DNA from: Bacteroidota bacterium
Lineage (GTDB): Bacteria > Bacteroidota > Bacteroidia > Bacteroidales > VadinHA17
Direction of reading: 5' to 3'
DNA length: 35,038 nucleotides
NCBI GenBank assembly: GCA_034659155.1
Contig: JAYEGO010000328.1
Location: 1-35,038, forward strand
In this document: piece after piece, positions 34,233 to 35,038 of the stretch
Position numbering within the stretch: position 1 is the stretch's first letter
How the letters are laid out: the number at the start of each line of letters is the position of its first letter
Program-made: the position numbers and the translations under genes
Notes under the pieces: generated by a model
The model's database searches: none
What the model saw: the letters and a program-made list of their open reading frames with translations, nothing else
Told to the model about the DNA's origin: nothing

Positions 34233-34958
34233 CTATGAAACAGGTTCCAGAAGCTGAATGCTGTAGTTTTTCAATTCCCTGGCCAGCTTTTTTGCATTAC
34301 CGGAATATAAATTTAGTGTATTCCAGAAATCGGGTCCATGATTTTTATGCTTAGTATGTACCAGTTCATGCAAAAGGACATAATCTATTAAATGTGAAGG
34401 AAGTCTCATTAGATTTACATTCAGACTGATGTTGTTCTTTGAGGAACAACTTCCCCATAAAGTTTTTTGATTTCTTAGAGATAGATTTTTATACTTTAGC
34501 TCAAATTTTTCAGATATGGTTTTTAATCTTTCCGGAATATACTCTTTCGCTTCTATTCGTAAGGTACTGATTATAGCTTCCCTGATAAAAGCCTGAATAT
34601 CACGATCTTCAATCTTGAGTTGTTCGGGAATTTTTATCTTAACCAGTTCGGGACTTATTCGAAAACTAATTTTTTGTTGACCTTCCCGGCTAATTATTAA
34701 CTCATGATTCCAGGTTTTAAACTTTGTATTTTCCGTAAAAATTATTATTCTCCCGGAAAAATCTCCAAATTTGCTAATATGTTTTAGAATCCATTTTTTT
34801 TTCTTTTGAGCAAAAATTTTTCCGGCACGGTAAGGAGCCCATTGAGGCAGGATTGTTTGTACCTCTCCCCCATGTTTTATTCGAATGCTTATTCTTTTGG
34901 CTTTCTTGCTTTTCCTGATAGTTATCTCACCTATATCTTCAATAAAAAGAGTTCTCAT
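34233..34958 (-). CDS. YgjP/DUF45-family (M48-like) zinc metalloprotease
   Basis: WGSCSSKNNISLNVNLMRLPSHLIDYVLLHELVHTKHKNHGPDFW carries the HExxH motif in the context typical of DUF45. Confidence 0.85.
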   Translation of the reverse strand: MRTLFIEDIGEITIRKSKKAKRISIRIKHGGEVQTILPQWAPYRAGKIFAQKKKKWILKHISKFGDFSGRIIIFTENTKFKTWNHELIISREGQQKISFRISPELVKIKIPEQLKIEDRDIQAFIREAIISTLRIEAKEYIPERLKTISEKFELKYKNLSLRNQKTLWGSCSSKNNISLNVNLMRLPSHLIDYVLLHELVHTKHKNHGPDFWNTLNLYSGNAKKLARELKNYSIQLLEPVS

Positions 34959-35038
34959 TATATGCGCAATTCGGTATATTTTCCAGTTTCAATAAACAAA
35001 TCTAAACAAATAAGCTACCAAAGATAATGTATTTAGCC

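Overview
AT-rich chromosomal window from a Bacteroidota-like organism (SusC/SusD pair, T9SS C-terminal sorting domains, lipoprotein signals, LacI-type sugar regulator). No rRNA, tRNA, CRISPR array or transposase was recognised. There are three blocks. (1) 1-10070 (+): a 5'-truncated, tightly packed 11-gene operon joining Mrp-antiporter-type membrane subunits (MnhG, DUF4040, MnhB, MnhC and two MnhD/NuoL-like pumps) to complex-I Q-module homologues (NuoH, NuoB, NuoC, NuoD, NuoI). The gene order and the duplicated pump match, from memory, the archaeal Mbx/Mbs sulfane reductase operon (C-D-F-G-H-H'-M-J-K-L-N). The NuoB-like subunit has only 3 Cys. The NuoD-like subunit keeps 3 of the 4 [NiFe] Cys positions. 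The last gene fuses the NuoI-type 2x[4Fe-4S] subunit to a complete GltD/SudA/NfnB-type FAD/NAD(P)H oxidoreductase. This is the most interesting candidate for an undescribed system: a compact NAD(P)H-linked Mbx/Ehr-like ion-pumping complex. (2) 10792-32182: a starch/maltodextrin utilisation locus. It holds a LacI regulator, susC, susD, a SusE/F-like lipoprotein, a T9SS-tailed GH13, two periplasmic lipoprotein GH13 amylases, an MFS sugar symporter and a GH65 maltose phosphorylase, interspersed with fbaA and a class V aminotransferase. An identical 12-mer CAAACGTTTGCG (palindromic core) sits in two of its promoter regions. (3) 32287-34958: a T9SS protein with about 9-10 Trp-rich 31-aa tandem repeats, and a YgjP/DUF45 metalloprotease. 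The non-coding DNA is unusual. A 1.15 kb ORF-free gap contains a roughly 310-nt multi-hairpin element closed by a 13-bp stem. There are also families of short hairpins with conserved loop-proximal sequence, and a roughly 250-bp dyad-symmetric cluster of four GTCCC-N3/4-GGGAC motifs.
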